From NCBI GenBank assembly GCA_963667035.1, contig OY762964.1, positions 1,664,001 through 1,728,000 of the forward strand: 64,000 bases of DNA. Direction: 5' to 3'. Position 1 is the first letter of the stretch, and each line of letters starts with the position of its first letter. Positions 18,667-28,236 of this stretch are shown here, piece by piece. The notes below the pieces were generated by a model. The model saw nothing but the letters and a program-made list of their open reading frames with translations, was not told where the DNA came from and did no database searches. The DNA is from Candidatus Cloacimonadales bacterium. Lineage in GTDB: Bacteria > Cloacimonadota > Cloacimonadia > Cloacimonadales > JAFGVF01. The position numbers and the translations under genes were made by a program.

Positions 18667-20328
18667 CAGACTGTTGACAAAGCTATGAGTAAGATTTCAT
18701 AGCTTTGTCTTTTTTTAGCTTAAAATAAGAACATCAATCATTGACAAAAACCCCCTTAGTTTATACTTAAACCATCATAATTAGAGGTGGTTATGCTTAA
18801 AAAAGTTTCTGACACACAGTCCCAAATGGAATTTGTAATAATAGATGATCTTGTCCCGGAAGATCATATTCTACGCAAGATTGACAGGGTAATAGATTTT
18901 AGTTTTATTATGGACCGAACTGCTCATTTGTATTGCCCCGACAACGGTCGTCCCCCAGTGCATCCCATAACTTTCTTCAAAATGCTTTTTATTGGTTATC
19001 TATTTGGTATCCGTTCTGAGCGACAACTAATCAGAGAGATTCAGGTCAATGTAGCATATCGCTGGTTCTTAGGGTATGGGCTTACTGATAAAATACCGAG
19101 TCATTCTCTCTTCAGCCAGAATCGTCGCAGACGCTTTACTGATAGCACTGTTTTTGAAGAGATTTTCATTGATATTGTAAAACTTGGTATCGAGAATGGT
19201 TTGGTAGATGGCAAGGTTCTTTATAGCGATTCAACTCATCTGAAAGCTAATGCTAATAAAGGCAAATATGAATCAATTAAAGTAGAGACCACACCTCAGA
19301 GTTATCTTGAAGATCTAAATAAAACAGTGGATGAAAACCGAAAAGCTCACGGTAAGAAGCCACTCCCACCTAAAGACAATGACTTTAAAGGCGGTTCGTC
19401 ACCCAAAGTTAAAGAGATTAAGTCTAGTAAAACAGATCCTGACAGTGGTTTCATGACGCGAGACAAGAAACCACAAGGTTTCTTCTATCTTGATCATAGA
19501 ACCGTAGATCCTAAAGTAAACTTCATAACAGATGTTCATATTACCGCCGGCAATGTGAATGACAGTTCTTGCTATATTGATAGGCTAAAAGTGCAGCAAG
19601 AGCGTTTTGGTTTTGATGTCCTGGCAGTAGGTCTTGATGCCGGGTATGATACAGCTAATATATGCAAAGAATTAGTAGATATGGGAATCATGGGAGTAAT
19701 AGGTTATCGTCGACTTGGAGGTAAAAAAGGTCTTTTCAAGAAGCGTGATTTTAAGTTCATTTCAGATAGAGACATATACATCTGTCCAGAAGGGAAAGAG
19801 CTTAAATATCGAACAACAAACCGTAACGGTTATGATGAATATGCATCCGAGAGTAGCTATTGTAAAAACTGTCCAATGCTTAACAAATGCACCGAGAGCA
19901 AGAACCATCAAAAAGTTATCATGCGTCATGTATGGGAAGACAGTAGAGAGATTATCCATAAAAACAGGTTAACCTTTTGTGGCAAAGAGATATACAAAAA
20001 ACGAAAAGAAACCATTGAGAGAAGCTTTGCAAATGCAAAGCAACTTCATGGTTATCGGTATGCGAAATATCGAGGTATAGAACGAGTTCGAGAACAAGCA
20101 TATATGACATCAGTAGTTCAAAACATAAAGAAACTGGTTAAATACCTTTTCAATGGCATATCAGGGAAAGTGGCATCAATGTTATTAGCTTTTTATGTTA
20201 ATATATGCTCTGGTTTAGACGAATATAGAGCTAAATCTCATTATCCTGATATTGTACTCAACTAATCAGAAATAAACTTACAATGTAAAAACCCAGTCAT
20301 TTTCATAACTGGGTTTGTAAACGGTCTG
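18667..20328 (+). mobile_element. IS1182-family insertion sequence, copy 2 (1662 bp)
   Basis: Left IR CAGACTGTTGACAAA, right end TTTGTAAACGGTCTG (13/15); 26-bp direct repeat AAGAGTTATAGCTGGCTATAACTCTT at 18641-18666 and 20329-20354. Confidence 0.93.
18787..20265 (+). CDS. IS1182-family transposase
   Basis: Paralogue of 14526-16004 with the same motifs and length (492 aa). Confidence 0.95.
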   Translation: MVMLKKVSDTQSQMEFVIIDDLVPEDHILRKIDRVIDFSFIMDRTAHLYCPDNGRPPVHPITFFKMLFIGYLFGIRSERQLIREIQVNVAYRWFLGYGLTDKIPSHSLFSQNRRRRFTDSTVFEEIFIDIVKLGIENGLVDGKVLYSDSTHLKANANKGKYESIKVETTPQSYLEDLNKTVDENRKAHGKKPLPPKDNDFKGGSSPKVKEIKSSKTDPDSGFMTRDKKPQGFFYLDHRTVDPKVNFITDVHITAGNVNDSSCYIDRLKVQQERFGFDVLAVGLDAGYDTANICKELVDMGIMGVIGYRRLGGKKGLFKKRDFKFISDRDIYICPEGKELKYRTTNRNGYDEYASESSYCKNCPMLNKCTESKNHQKVIMRHVWEDSREIIHKNRLTFCGKEIYKKRKETIERSFANAKQLHGYRYAKYRGIERVREQAYMTSVVQNIKKLVKYLFNGISGKVASMLLAFYVNICSGLDEYRAKSHYPDIVLN

Positions 20329-20359
20329 AAGAGTTATAGCTGGCTATAACTCTTTTTTT
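20329..20359 (+). terminator. fusA terminator (duplicated IS target)
   Basis: AAGAGTTATAGC-TG-GCTATAACTCTT plus T-run. Confidence 0.85.
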
Positions 20360-20735
20360 GTATCGCTTCCTAAAGCATTTTATCGTAAACATCCAAAATT
20401 GTGTTGCAGAGCTACCCTTTTAAGTTTCCGCCCTAAAAGTTTACATGATGTGGCAAGCAAAGACAAAATTTAATTATTCAATTAGCTAAGCATAGATTAG
20501 CACAATTGGTATAGTCGAAGTTTAAATGTGATGTATTAAAATTATCTAAATACTAACATAAATCGAAAGAAAATTTATACAATCACTAGTAATTACTTGA
20601 AGTAAAAAAACCTATAATCCATGAACTAAAGCTTGACAACAAAATAAATATTACCCCAAATTTGATGATAAGTTTATTAGTTGGTAAAGAAATTTGGAAT
20701 ATCAAAGATATAGAGGTATCTAAAACAAGGAAATT

Positions 20736-22748
20736 ATGAAAGAAATTAAGCTTTCCATGCGTATGATTCTTTTAATTGCAATGCTCTCTCAAGTCCTGAT
20801 AGTTGCACTTGTAGTCTCATATCTCTCGTTCAAATCATGTACAGGCTCAATTAAGACTTTAGTCAATCGTTCTTACATTGAAGCCAACAATAAATTGGAA
20901 GAGAAGATAAATCATTACTTCAATCCACCTATTGAAATTAACATTATTAATGAGAGCCTGATTACTGAGAAAGCAATTGATTTCCATAACCAAGAAGATT
21001 TGATTAATCATTTTAAAAGAATCATTGAAATAAGACCAACAGTGAACAGTGTATATTTCGCGAATATGGATGGGGGTTTAGCTAATGCAGGTAGGGATAA
21101 AAAAACAAACGAGAAATATATAATCTTTACGGAAGAATTCAAGAGTGGACCGTTCAAGAAGTACGGACTTAACAGCGACGGTTCACAAGGTGATTTAGTC
21201 GTTGAGTTACCAAAATTCGATGCTAGAACAAGACCATGGTTTGACCTCGCATTAAACAGTGATGATGTTGTCTGGAGTGAAGTATACATGATGGCAACCG
21301 GAGATGATCTAGGAATCACCGCGAGTAAAGCTATTCATGATACCGAAGGTAATATAATAGGAGTTCTCGGAGTAGACCTTTTCCTAACAGATATTAGTAG
21401 CTATCTGTCTCAATTGGGTATTATCGGATCCAGTTTTATTATGGAAGATTCAGGATATTTGATAGCATCATCCAATAACGCAAACCTGTTCTCAGTGGAT
21501 ACTAATAACAAGGTCAAGACTAGAATATATGCAAAAAATTCCGAATCACAAACAATTAAAATGATGGCTAATGAGCTATGTTCTCGTTATGAAAACCTGA
21601 GTAGTTTGCAGAAGGAGAGTGTGATTGAGTTCAAAGCTAATGGTGAGAGATTTCTAATTCATGTAACACCTTTTAAAGTGACCTCAGAGACAGAATGGTT
21701 GATTGTTTCCGGTGCTTCCGAAAAACTCTTCTTGGCTGAAATTAGGGAGAACAACAAAAAGACCAAGCGGTATATAATCATTGCCTTAGTTATCACTATC
21801 CTGTTTGCCTTGATTATATCTAAATTGCTCTCGGATCCGATTCATGATTTAGATGCGAAAATACATAAAATTTCATCAGGGAAATGGCTCTCAAAACCTA
21901 AGTCTTATTTCATTAAAGAGATTGATGCTCTTTCTAAAGAAACTTTTAAAATGAATGAGGCATTAGAGAAACTCTTTGAATCTCTGAATGATGAAATAGC
22001 TATTAGAAAAGAGACAGAGAAATTACTTAATATTGCTAAAGACAATGCTGAAGAAAGTAATAGATTGAAATCAAGTTTTCTTGCCAATATGAGCCATGAG
22101 CTCAGAACCCCATTATCGGGAGTATTGGGATTTTCCGAGATTCTGGGCGAGACAGAGCTTAATGAGGAGCAATTGGAAATGGTAAATGTGATTAACTTCT
22201 CTGGTAAGAGGCTATTAAGTACTCTTAATATGATACTTGATTTATCAAGAATTGAGGCAAACTCTAAGAAAGTAGATGTTAGTAAATTCTCATTAAAACC
22301 CGTGATTGAACAAGCTGTTATGCTATTCCGACCTGTTGCAGAAAAGAAAAATGTAGTCTTGAAGTTTGTAAATCACTTGATTTATGATGAAATGAATTCG
22401 GATATAAAGCTGATAGAACATATTGTTAACGAACTCATTAATAATGCGATTAAATACACTGATTCAGGGACTATTACAGTTACAAGTAGTAGTGAACAAG
22501 ATGATATGATAAAACTCCAAGTCAAAGACAGCGGAATTGGTATCCCTGAAAATAAATACAAGTTGATATTCGAAGCTTTTAGGCAAGTGAGTGAAGGTTG
22601 GGATAGAAATTATGATGGCTCAGGCTTGGGATTAACTCTCTGTAAGAAATACAGCGAGTTTCTGGGTGGTTCTATTTCTGTAGAAAGTTCATTAGGAAAG
22701 GGAACAACCTTTACCGTGATAATTCCGAGAGAAGTTGTTGAAAATTAG
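20736..22748 (+). CDS. Cache-domain sensor histidine kinase
   Basis: TM-Cache (DARTRPWF)-TM; FLANMSHELRTPL, NNAIKYT, DSGIGI, GSGLGL. Confidence 0.92.
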   Translation: MKEIKLSMRMILLIAMLSQVLIVALVVSYLSFKSCTGSIKTLVNRSYIEANNKLEEKINHYFNPPIEINIINESLITEKAIDFHNQEDLINHFKRIIEIRPTVNSVYFANMDGGLANAGRDKKTNEKYIIFTEEFKSGPFKKYGLNSDGSQGDLVVELPKFDARTRPWFDLALNSDDVVWSEVYMMATGDDLGITASKAIHDTEGNIIGVLGVDLFLTDISSYLSQLGIIGSSFIMEDSGYLIASSNNANLFSVDTNNKVKTRIYAKNSESQTIKMMANELCSRYENLSSLQKESVIEFKANGERFLIHVTPFKVTSETEWLIVSGASEKLFLAEIRENNKKTKRYIIIALVITILFALIISKLLSDPIHDLDAKIHKISSGKWLSKPKSYFIKEIDALSKETFKMNEALEKLFESLNDEIAIRKETEKLLNIAKDNAEESNRLKSSFLANMSHELRTPLSGVLGFSEILGETELNEEQLEMVNVINFSGKRLLSTLNMILDLSRIEANSKKVDVSKFSLKPVIEQAVMLFRPVAEKKNVVLKFVNHLIYDEMNSDIKLIEHIVNELINNAIKYTDSGTITVTSSSEQDDMIKLQVKDSGIGIPENKYKLIFEAFRQVSEGWDRNYDGSGLGLTLCKKYSEFLGGSISVESSLGKGTTFTVIIPREVVEN

Positions 22749-22903
22749 GACAAAACATAGTGATGAGGAAAGTGTAAAGACTCTTAGGCTCAAATGTTAT
22801 AAAACTTCTTGTCTAACAGTTAATTTAAGAAAAGCATTGACATTGAAGCTATCAAGAAAAATATGTCCAACAAAGTGAAGATTATACTAATAGGAGACAT
22901 AAA

Positions 22904-23113
22904 ATGAAAAAAGGTATTCATCCTAAATATGAGAAAATCACTGTTAAGTGTGCTTGTGGTAATGAGTTTGAAGTAGCTTCCACAAAAACAAATTTAACTG
23001 TTGATATCTGTGATCAGTGCCATCCTTTCTATACAGGAAAGCAGAAGATACTTGATACAGCGGGTCGTGTTGAGAAATTCAATAAGAAATATAACAGAAA
23101 CCTTAAAAATTAG
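22904..23113 (+). CDS. rpmE: 50S ribosomal protein L31 (zinc-binding type)
   Basis: [23 protein letters not shown]. Confidence 0.97.
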   Translation: MKKGIHPKYEKITVKCACGNEFEVASTKTNLTVDICDQCHPFYTGKQKILDTAGRVEKFNKKYNRNLKN

Positions 23114-23128
23114 CTTTTACTTAAATAT

Positions 23129-23164
23129 AAGCATCACACTGTTTTCAATGTGATGCTTTTTTTT
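23129..23164 (+). terminator. intrinsic terminator after rpmE
   Basis: AAGCATCACA/TGTGATGCTT stem plus T-run. Confidence 0.75.
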
Positions 23165-23219
23165 ATTTATAGAGAGAGCAAGAATCAGATTATTCGTATA
23201 GCAAATTAATGGAGAATCC

Positions 23220-24182
23220 ATGAATAAAGATAAAAAAAGTATAGCCGTTGGAGGTCAAGCCGTCATTGAAGGAGTAATGATGCGTGGACCAGACAAGATA
23301 GCTACTGCTATTCGAAGAGCAAGCGGCAAAATAGAGTTAAAGATTCAATCCTTTGTAAGTATTACCCAGAAGATTAAATTCTTGGGATTACCTTTGATTA
23401 GAGGTTTTGTATCGCTTATTGAAATGATGAAAATTGGTGTGGGAACCCTTACTTTCTCAGCTAATAGATGGGAGCTTGATAATCAAGAAGAGAGCAAGAA
23501 ACAGAAATCTGCAGCCGGAGAGAAAGTTGGAGAATTCTTTAGTTATGTAATCTCAATTGGACTTGCATTTCTATTATTTGGAGTTCTTCCATACAAAATA
23601 GCTGATTGGGTAAATCTTTCCAAGCAGAATGTATACTTTAATCTCGTTGCAGGATTAATCAGAATAACATTCTTCGTTATTTATCTACTAATCATAAGTA
23701 AACTCAAAGACATACATAGAGTGTTTCAATATCATGGAGCTGAGCATAAATGTGTTAATGCCTATGAGAAGGATGTCAAATTGAATGTTACTGAGATTCA
23801 AAAGATGACAACCTTGCATCCACGTTGTGGAACAAGCTTTATGTTCTTTGTTCTATTGATAAGCATCCTGATATTCTCCATTATTGATACTTTGGCTGTA
23901 GCTTGGATTTTCCATGCACCTCCTAAAGTACTTGTAAGATTAGGTTATCACCTATTGTTTTTCCCTTTGATTTCAGGAGTCTCGTACGAAATCTTGAAGT
24001 TATCGGGTAAAAATATAAATCATCCTTTAGTCAAAATGATGACAGGTCCGGGAATGGCTTTACAGAGAATAACAACTCAGCCACCTGAAGACTCAATGAT
24101 TGAATGTGCATTAGTTGCGATGAAAGCAACACTTGATATGGATTATAGCGAATTTGAAGTTACAGAAATTGGAGAAGAATAA
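23220..24182 (+). CDS. DUF1385 membrane protein
   Basis: [26 protein letters not shown]; typical rpmE-DUF1385-prfA context. Confidence 0.92.
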   Translation: MNKDKKSIAVGGQAVIEGVMMRGPDKIATAIRRASGKIELKIQSFVSITQKIKFLGLPLIRGFVSLIEMMKIGVGTLTFSANRWELDNQEESKKQKSAAGEKVGEFFSYVISIGLAFLLFGVLPYKIADWVNLSKQNVYFNLVAGLIRITFFVIYLLIISKLKDIHRVFQYHGAEHKCVNAYEKDVKLNVTEIQKMTTLHPRCGTSFMFFVLLISILIFSIIDTLAVAWIFHAPPKVLVRLGYHLLFFPLISGVSYEILKLSGKNINHPLVKMMTGPGMALQRITTQPPEDSMIECALVAMKATLDMDYSEFEVTEIGEE

Positions 24183-25249
24183 TGATTCCTGTGGATAAAT
24201 TAGAGGGTCTTAGAAACGAATATGAAGAGTTAAAAGTTAAGGTGTATGACCCTAAATACATGTCTGATCAACGTAGTTATAGAAAGATATCAAGGAGATT
24301 CAAAGAACTTCAAGAGATACTTGATTGTTACAATGATTGGGAAATCATATCTAACAGTATAAAAGAAAGCAAAGCAATCATAAAGAACGAATCTGATGCA
24401 GAACTGGTTGAACTTGCTGAGATGGAATTAGAAGAGAATCTTGAAATGATTGAAGAGAAAGCAACTCAATTGAAGGATTTGTTAGTACCAAAAGATGAAA
24501 ACGATGAGAAGAACGTTATCATAGAAATAAGAGCCGGAACTGGTGGTGACGAAGCTGCTTTGTTCTCTGCCGACCTGTTTAGAATGTACCAATACTACGC
24601 AGAGAAGAAAGGATGGAAGATTTCTGTTATGAGCTCTAATGCTATCGGTATTGGTGGATATAAAGAGATAATCTTTCAAGTTGCCGGTGATAATGTCTAT
24701 GGTTCTATGCGCTTTGAGAGCGGTGTTCATAGAGTTCAAAGAGTTCCGCAGACAGAAGCAAGCGGTAGAATACATACTTCTGCTGTTTCTGTGGCAGTGC
24801 TCCCTGAAGTTGAAGATATTGATATTGATGTTAAAGAAAATGAACTTAGAATAGATGTTTATCGGGCAAGCGGACACGGAGGGCAGTCGGTGAATACAAC
24901 TGACTCTGCGGTTAGAATAACCCACATAACAACCGGATTGGTTGTTACTTGCCAAGATGAGAAATCACAGCTTAAGAATAAAGACAAGGCTATGAAGGTA
25001 TTACGTGCCAGATTGTTTGATATGGAACTTGCTAAGCAAGAAGCAGAGATTGCATCACAGAGAAGATCACAGGTTGGTACAGGTGATAGAAGTGCCAAAA
25101 TCAGGACTTATAACTTCCCTCAATCCCGTGTTACAGACCATAGAATTAATTTGACATCTTATCAGCTCAACGATATTTTAACCGGAGAAATTGATGAATT
25201 CGTTGAGGCTTTGAAAATAGCATATAGAAACGAGAAAATCGAAAACTAA
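24182..25249 (+). CDS. prfA: peptide chain release factor 1
   Basis: GGQ motif, PxT (PQT) motif, [10 protein letters not shown]. Confidence 0.97.
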   Translation: MIPVDKLEGLRNEYEELKVKVYDPKYMSDQRSYRKISRRFKELQEILDCYNDWEIISNSIKESKAIIKNESDAELVELAEMELEENLEMIEEKATQLKDLLVPKDENDEKNVIIEIRAGTGGDEAALFSADLFRMYQYYAEKKGWKISVMSSNAIGIGGYKEIIFQVAGDNVYGSMRFESGVHRVQRVPQTEASGRIHTSAVSVAVLPEVEDIDIDVKENELRIDVYRASGHGGQSVNTTDSAVRITHITTGLVVTCQDEKSQLKNKDKAMKVLRARLFDMELAKQEAEIASQRRSQVGTGDRSAKIRTYNFPQSRVTDHRINLTSYQLNDILTGEIDEFVEALKIAYRNEKIEN

Positions 25250-25268
25250 ATATTTAAATGAGGCTTAA

Positions 25269-26501
25269 ATGGGGCTATTATCAGCCTTGATTATTGTAAT
25301 AATTGCATTGGTTTTATCTTTTTTCTTTGCCGGTTACGAAACCGGTGTTATCTCCGTCGATAGATTAAAACTCGAACAGGATGCAAAGAAAGATAAGAAA
25401 AGCAAAGAATTGCTATCTTTTATAGAGAATCCGGACAAGTTTCTAGGCACGACACTTTTAGGGAATAATATTACTCAAGTTGTTATAGCTTCTGTAACAA
25501 CTTTCCTTCTTAATGATATTAGCGAATTGGCCCATGGGTTTGTATCTCTTGGACTTGGCTTTATTGTTCTTGTGTTTGGTGAGATTGTACCAAAAGCTTT
25601 ATTCAGAGACTATCCCGATAAGCTTGTTCCGATGCTTTTCCCATTAATGAAGTTTTTTGCTAACCTGTTCAGACCATTTGTTTTCTTCGTGTCATTTATC
25701 AATAAGACTTTGGTAAAGATTTTTAAACTACGCTCAAGCTCCTCTTTAGCTTATCTGACAAGAGATGATATTGCCCTTTTCCTAAACTCGACAGAACAAG
25801 ACGATTCTTTTGAAGATCCTCAGAGAGAAATGCTTGAGGATGCTCTTGAATTTGCGAATTTGGAAGCCAAAAATATCATCACCCCGAGAACCGATATTGT
25901 TGCTGTGCCTGAAGACATGCCTGTTGAAGATATAATTGAACTGGCAAGAGAAGAGGGTTATACGCGTTATCCGGTATATAGAGAAAATATTGATAACATT
26001 ATTGGTATCCTCATTGTATATGATATAATCAAATCAAAGAAAAAGAACCTTATAGCTAAAGATATTATTCATGAGCCATATTTTGCACCTGAAACAATGG
26101 ATGCTGATGAGTTGCTTAAAGAGATGCAAAACAAAAAAAAATCTATGGCAATAATTGTTGATTCTTATGGAGGCACTGAAGGCATAGTCACAATAGAAGA
26201 TATTATCGAAGAGATTGTAGGTGATATTGAAGATGAATATGATAGTGATGAAGAAAGAGATGTTGAGAAATTGAGCGAAAACATCTGGTTAGTTAAAGGG
26301 GATGTTGAGGTTGATACTCTGATAGATGAGTATGATATGAATATCCCGGAAGGTGACTATGAGACTGTTGCCGGTTTGATAATAGATAAGATTAAAAGAA
26401 TACCGGTACAAGGTCAATACATAGACTTGGGAGAATTCAGTATACAAGTACTGCAGGTAACAAGAAAGAAAGTAATAAAAGTAAAAATAACCAAAAAATA
26501 G
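25269..26501 (+). CDS. CNNM/CBS/CorC (hemolysin-family) protein
   Basis: FGEIVPK, CBS pair (YTRYPV, EDIIEEIVG), YETVAG. Confidence 0.9.
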   Translation: MGLLSALIIVIIALVLSFFFAGYETGVISVDRLKLEQDAKKDKKSKELLSFIENPDKFLGTTLLGNNITQVVIASVTTFLLNDISELAHGFVSLGLGFIVLVFGEIVPKALFRDYPDKLVPMLFPLMKFFANLFRPFVFFVSFINKTLVKIFKLRSSSSLAYLTRDDIALFLNSTEQDDSFEDPQREMLEDALEFANLEAKNIITPRTDIVAVPEDMPVEDIIELAREEGYTRYPVYRENIDNIIGILIVYDIIKSKKKNLIAKDIIHEPYFAPETMDADELLKEMQNKKKSMAIIVDSYGGTEGIVTIEDIIEEIVGDIEDEYDSDEERDVEKLSENIWLVKGDVEVDTLIDEYDMNIPEGDYETVAGLIIDKIKRIPVQGQYIDLGEFSIQVLQVTRKKVIKVKITKK

Positions 26502-26519
26502 AACTCTCTTGGAGGAGAA

Positions 26520-28184
26520 ATGAAAATCGTTGAATGTGTTCCCAATTTTAGTGAAGGAAGAGATAAGTCTATCCTTGATAAAATCTCAAATTCAATTAGA
26601 GAAGTTGAGGGAGCGGTATTACTTGATGTTGATCCCGGAGCTGATACTAACCGAACTGTTTACACAATAGTGGGAGAACCTAAATCGGTAGTTGAAGCAG
26701 CTTTCCAAGCGATAAAAACAGCCTCAGAGCTAATAGATATGAGTAAACATTCAGGAGCACATCCACGTATGGGTGCTACCGATGTATGTCCTTTCATTCC
26801 TGTGGCAAATATGACAATGGATGAATGCGTAATTCTTTCTAAACAACTTGGTGAAAGAGTGGGAACTGAATTAGGAATTCCTGTTTATTTGTATGAATAT
26901 TCAGCATCGAAACCTCTATGGAAGAATCTAGCAGAAGTTAGAAAAGGTGAATATGAAGGACTTGCTAACAGAGTTGGCAAACCTGAATGGAAACCGGATT
27001 TCGGACCTCATGAATTTAATGTAAAATCAGGAGCAACTGCTGTCTCTGCAAGAGAGTTCTTGATTGCTTATAATATAAACTTGAATACTCGCGATAAGAA
27101 AAAAGCTCATGAATTAGCCTTAACAATCAGAGAAGCAGGAAAGAGAGCTAGAGATGAAAAAGGCAAAGCAGTTAAGGATGAAAATGGTGATTTCGTTATG
27201 ATTCCGGGACTCTTCAAGAATTGCAAAGCTGTTGGTTGGTATATTGATGAGTATAATAGAGCTCAAATTTCCATAAATCTGACTAATTATAAGATTACTC
27301 CTCCTCATATAGTTCTTGAGAAAGTTAGAGAACTAGCTACAGAGATGAATATTCAAGTCACAGGTAGTGAGCTTGTTGGTCTAATCCCTAAAGAAGCTAT
27401 TCTTGAATCAGGCAGGTTTTATCTGAGAAGAATGGGAGAAAGTGCCGGTATCCCTGAGAGAATGATTATTGAAACAGCTATCCAATCTATGGGGTTAGAG
27501 GATTTAGGAGATTTCGATGTAGATTCCAAAGTGATTGAATATGCAATCAAAGAAGAAGGTAAGCTTGTCGACATGACTGTCGAGTCATTCTGTGATGAGT
27601 TATCATCAGATTCTCCTGCACCGGGTGGTGGAAGTGTTGCTGCTTTATGTGCATCATTATCAGGTGCATTAACTGCTATGGTAGCCAATCTTACCATGAA
27701 CAAAAAAGGCTATGAAAAGAATTGGGCTTTAGCTGGTGAATTAGCTGAGGAAGGTCAGAAAGTCAAAGAAGCATCATTAATGGCTATTGATAAAGATACA
27801 AAAGTATTCTATGATATGATGAATGCTTCTAAGCTTCCTAAGAAAACTGAAGCTGAGAAAATTGCTCGTAATACAGCTATTCAAAATGCAACAAAAGATG
27901 CAATCCTTATCCCACTTGAAACTCTAGAGATTTCTCTTGAAGCTGTTAAATTAGCTGAGAGAATTTCTAAGATTGGAAACTCAAATGCCTTATCTGATGC
28001 TGGTGTGGCGGCAATTACAGCTAATGCTGCAGCTAAGTCTGCATACCTCAATGTTAAGATTAACATGGGAGCTGTTGAAGATAAAGCTTGGATTAGCGAT
28101 GTAATGGCAAAAGCTACTCAAATTACTAAAGAAGTTAACGAATTAGCTCTTAAAGTTGAAGCAGAAGTTTCTGCTGCTGTTTAG
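26520..28184 (+). CDS. ftcd: glutamate formimidoyltransferase/formiminotetrahydrofolate cyclodeaminase
   Basis: VECVPNFSEGR, HPRMGATDVCPF, SPAPGGGS. Confidence 0.95.
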   Translation: MKIVECVPNFSEGRDKSILDKISNSIREVEGAVLLDVDPGADTNRTVYTIVGEPKSVVEAAFQAIKTASELIDMSKHSGAHPRMGATDVCPFIPVANMTMDECVILSKQLGERVGTELGIPVYLYEYSASKPLWKNLAEVRKGEYEGLANRVGKPEWKPDFGPHEFNVKSGATAVSAREFLIAYNINLNTRDKKKAHELALTIREAGKRARDEKGKAVKDENGDFVMIPGLFKNCKAVGWYIDEYNRAQISINLTNYKITPPHIVLEKVRELATEMNIQVTGSELVGLIPKEAILESGRFYLRRMGESAGIPERMIIETAIQSMGLEDLGDFDVDSKVIEYAIKEEGKLVDMTVESFCDELSSDSPAPGGGSVAALCASLSGALTAMVANLTMNKKGYEKNWALAGELAEEGQKVKEASLMAIDKDTKVFYDMMNASKLPKKTEAEKIARNTAIQNATKDAILIPLETLEISLEAVKLAERISKIGNSNALSDAGVAAITANAAAKSAYLNVKINMGAVEDKAWISDVMAKATQITKEVNELALKVEAEVSAAV

Positions 28185-28203
28185 ACTTTAAACATATTAG
28201 TTC

Positions 28204-28233
28204 GGGGCAGTATTACTCTGCCCCCTCTTTTTT
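28204..28233 (+). terminator. intrinsic terminator after ftcd
   Basis: GGGGCAG/CTGCCCC stem plus T-rich tail. Confidence 0.7.
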
Positions 28234-28236
28234 CTT

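Noticed and set aside
14462..20328. Composite transposon carrying fusA
   Set aside because: Each IS has its own intact TSD and no shared duplication flanks the outer ends, so these are independent insertions
20736..22748. Orphan kinase as part of the IS or a novel system
   Set aside because: Lies outside the TSD and has an ordinary architecture; orphan kinases are common
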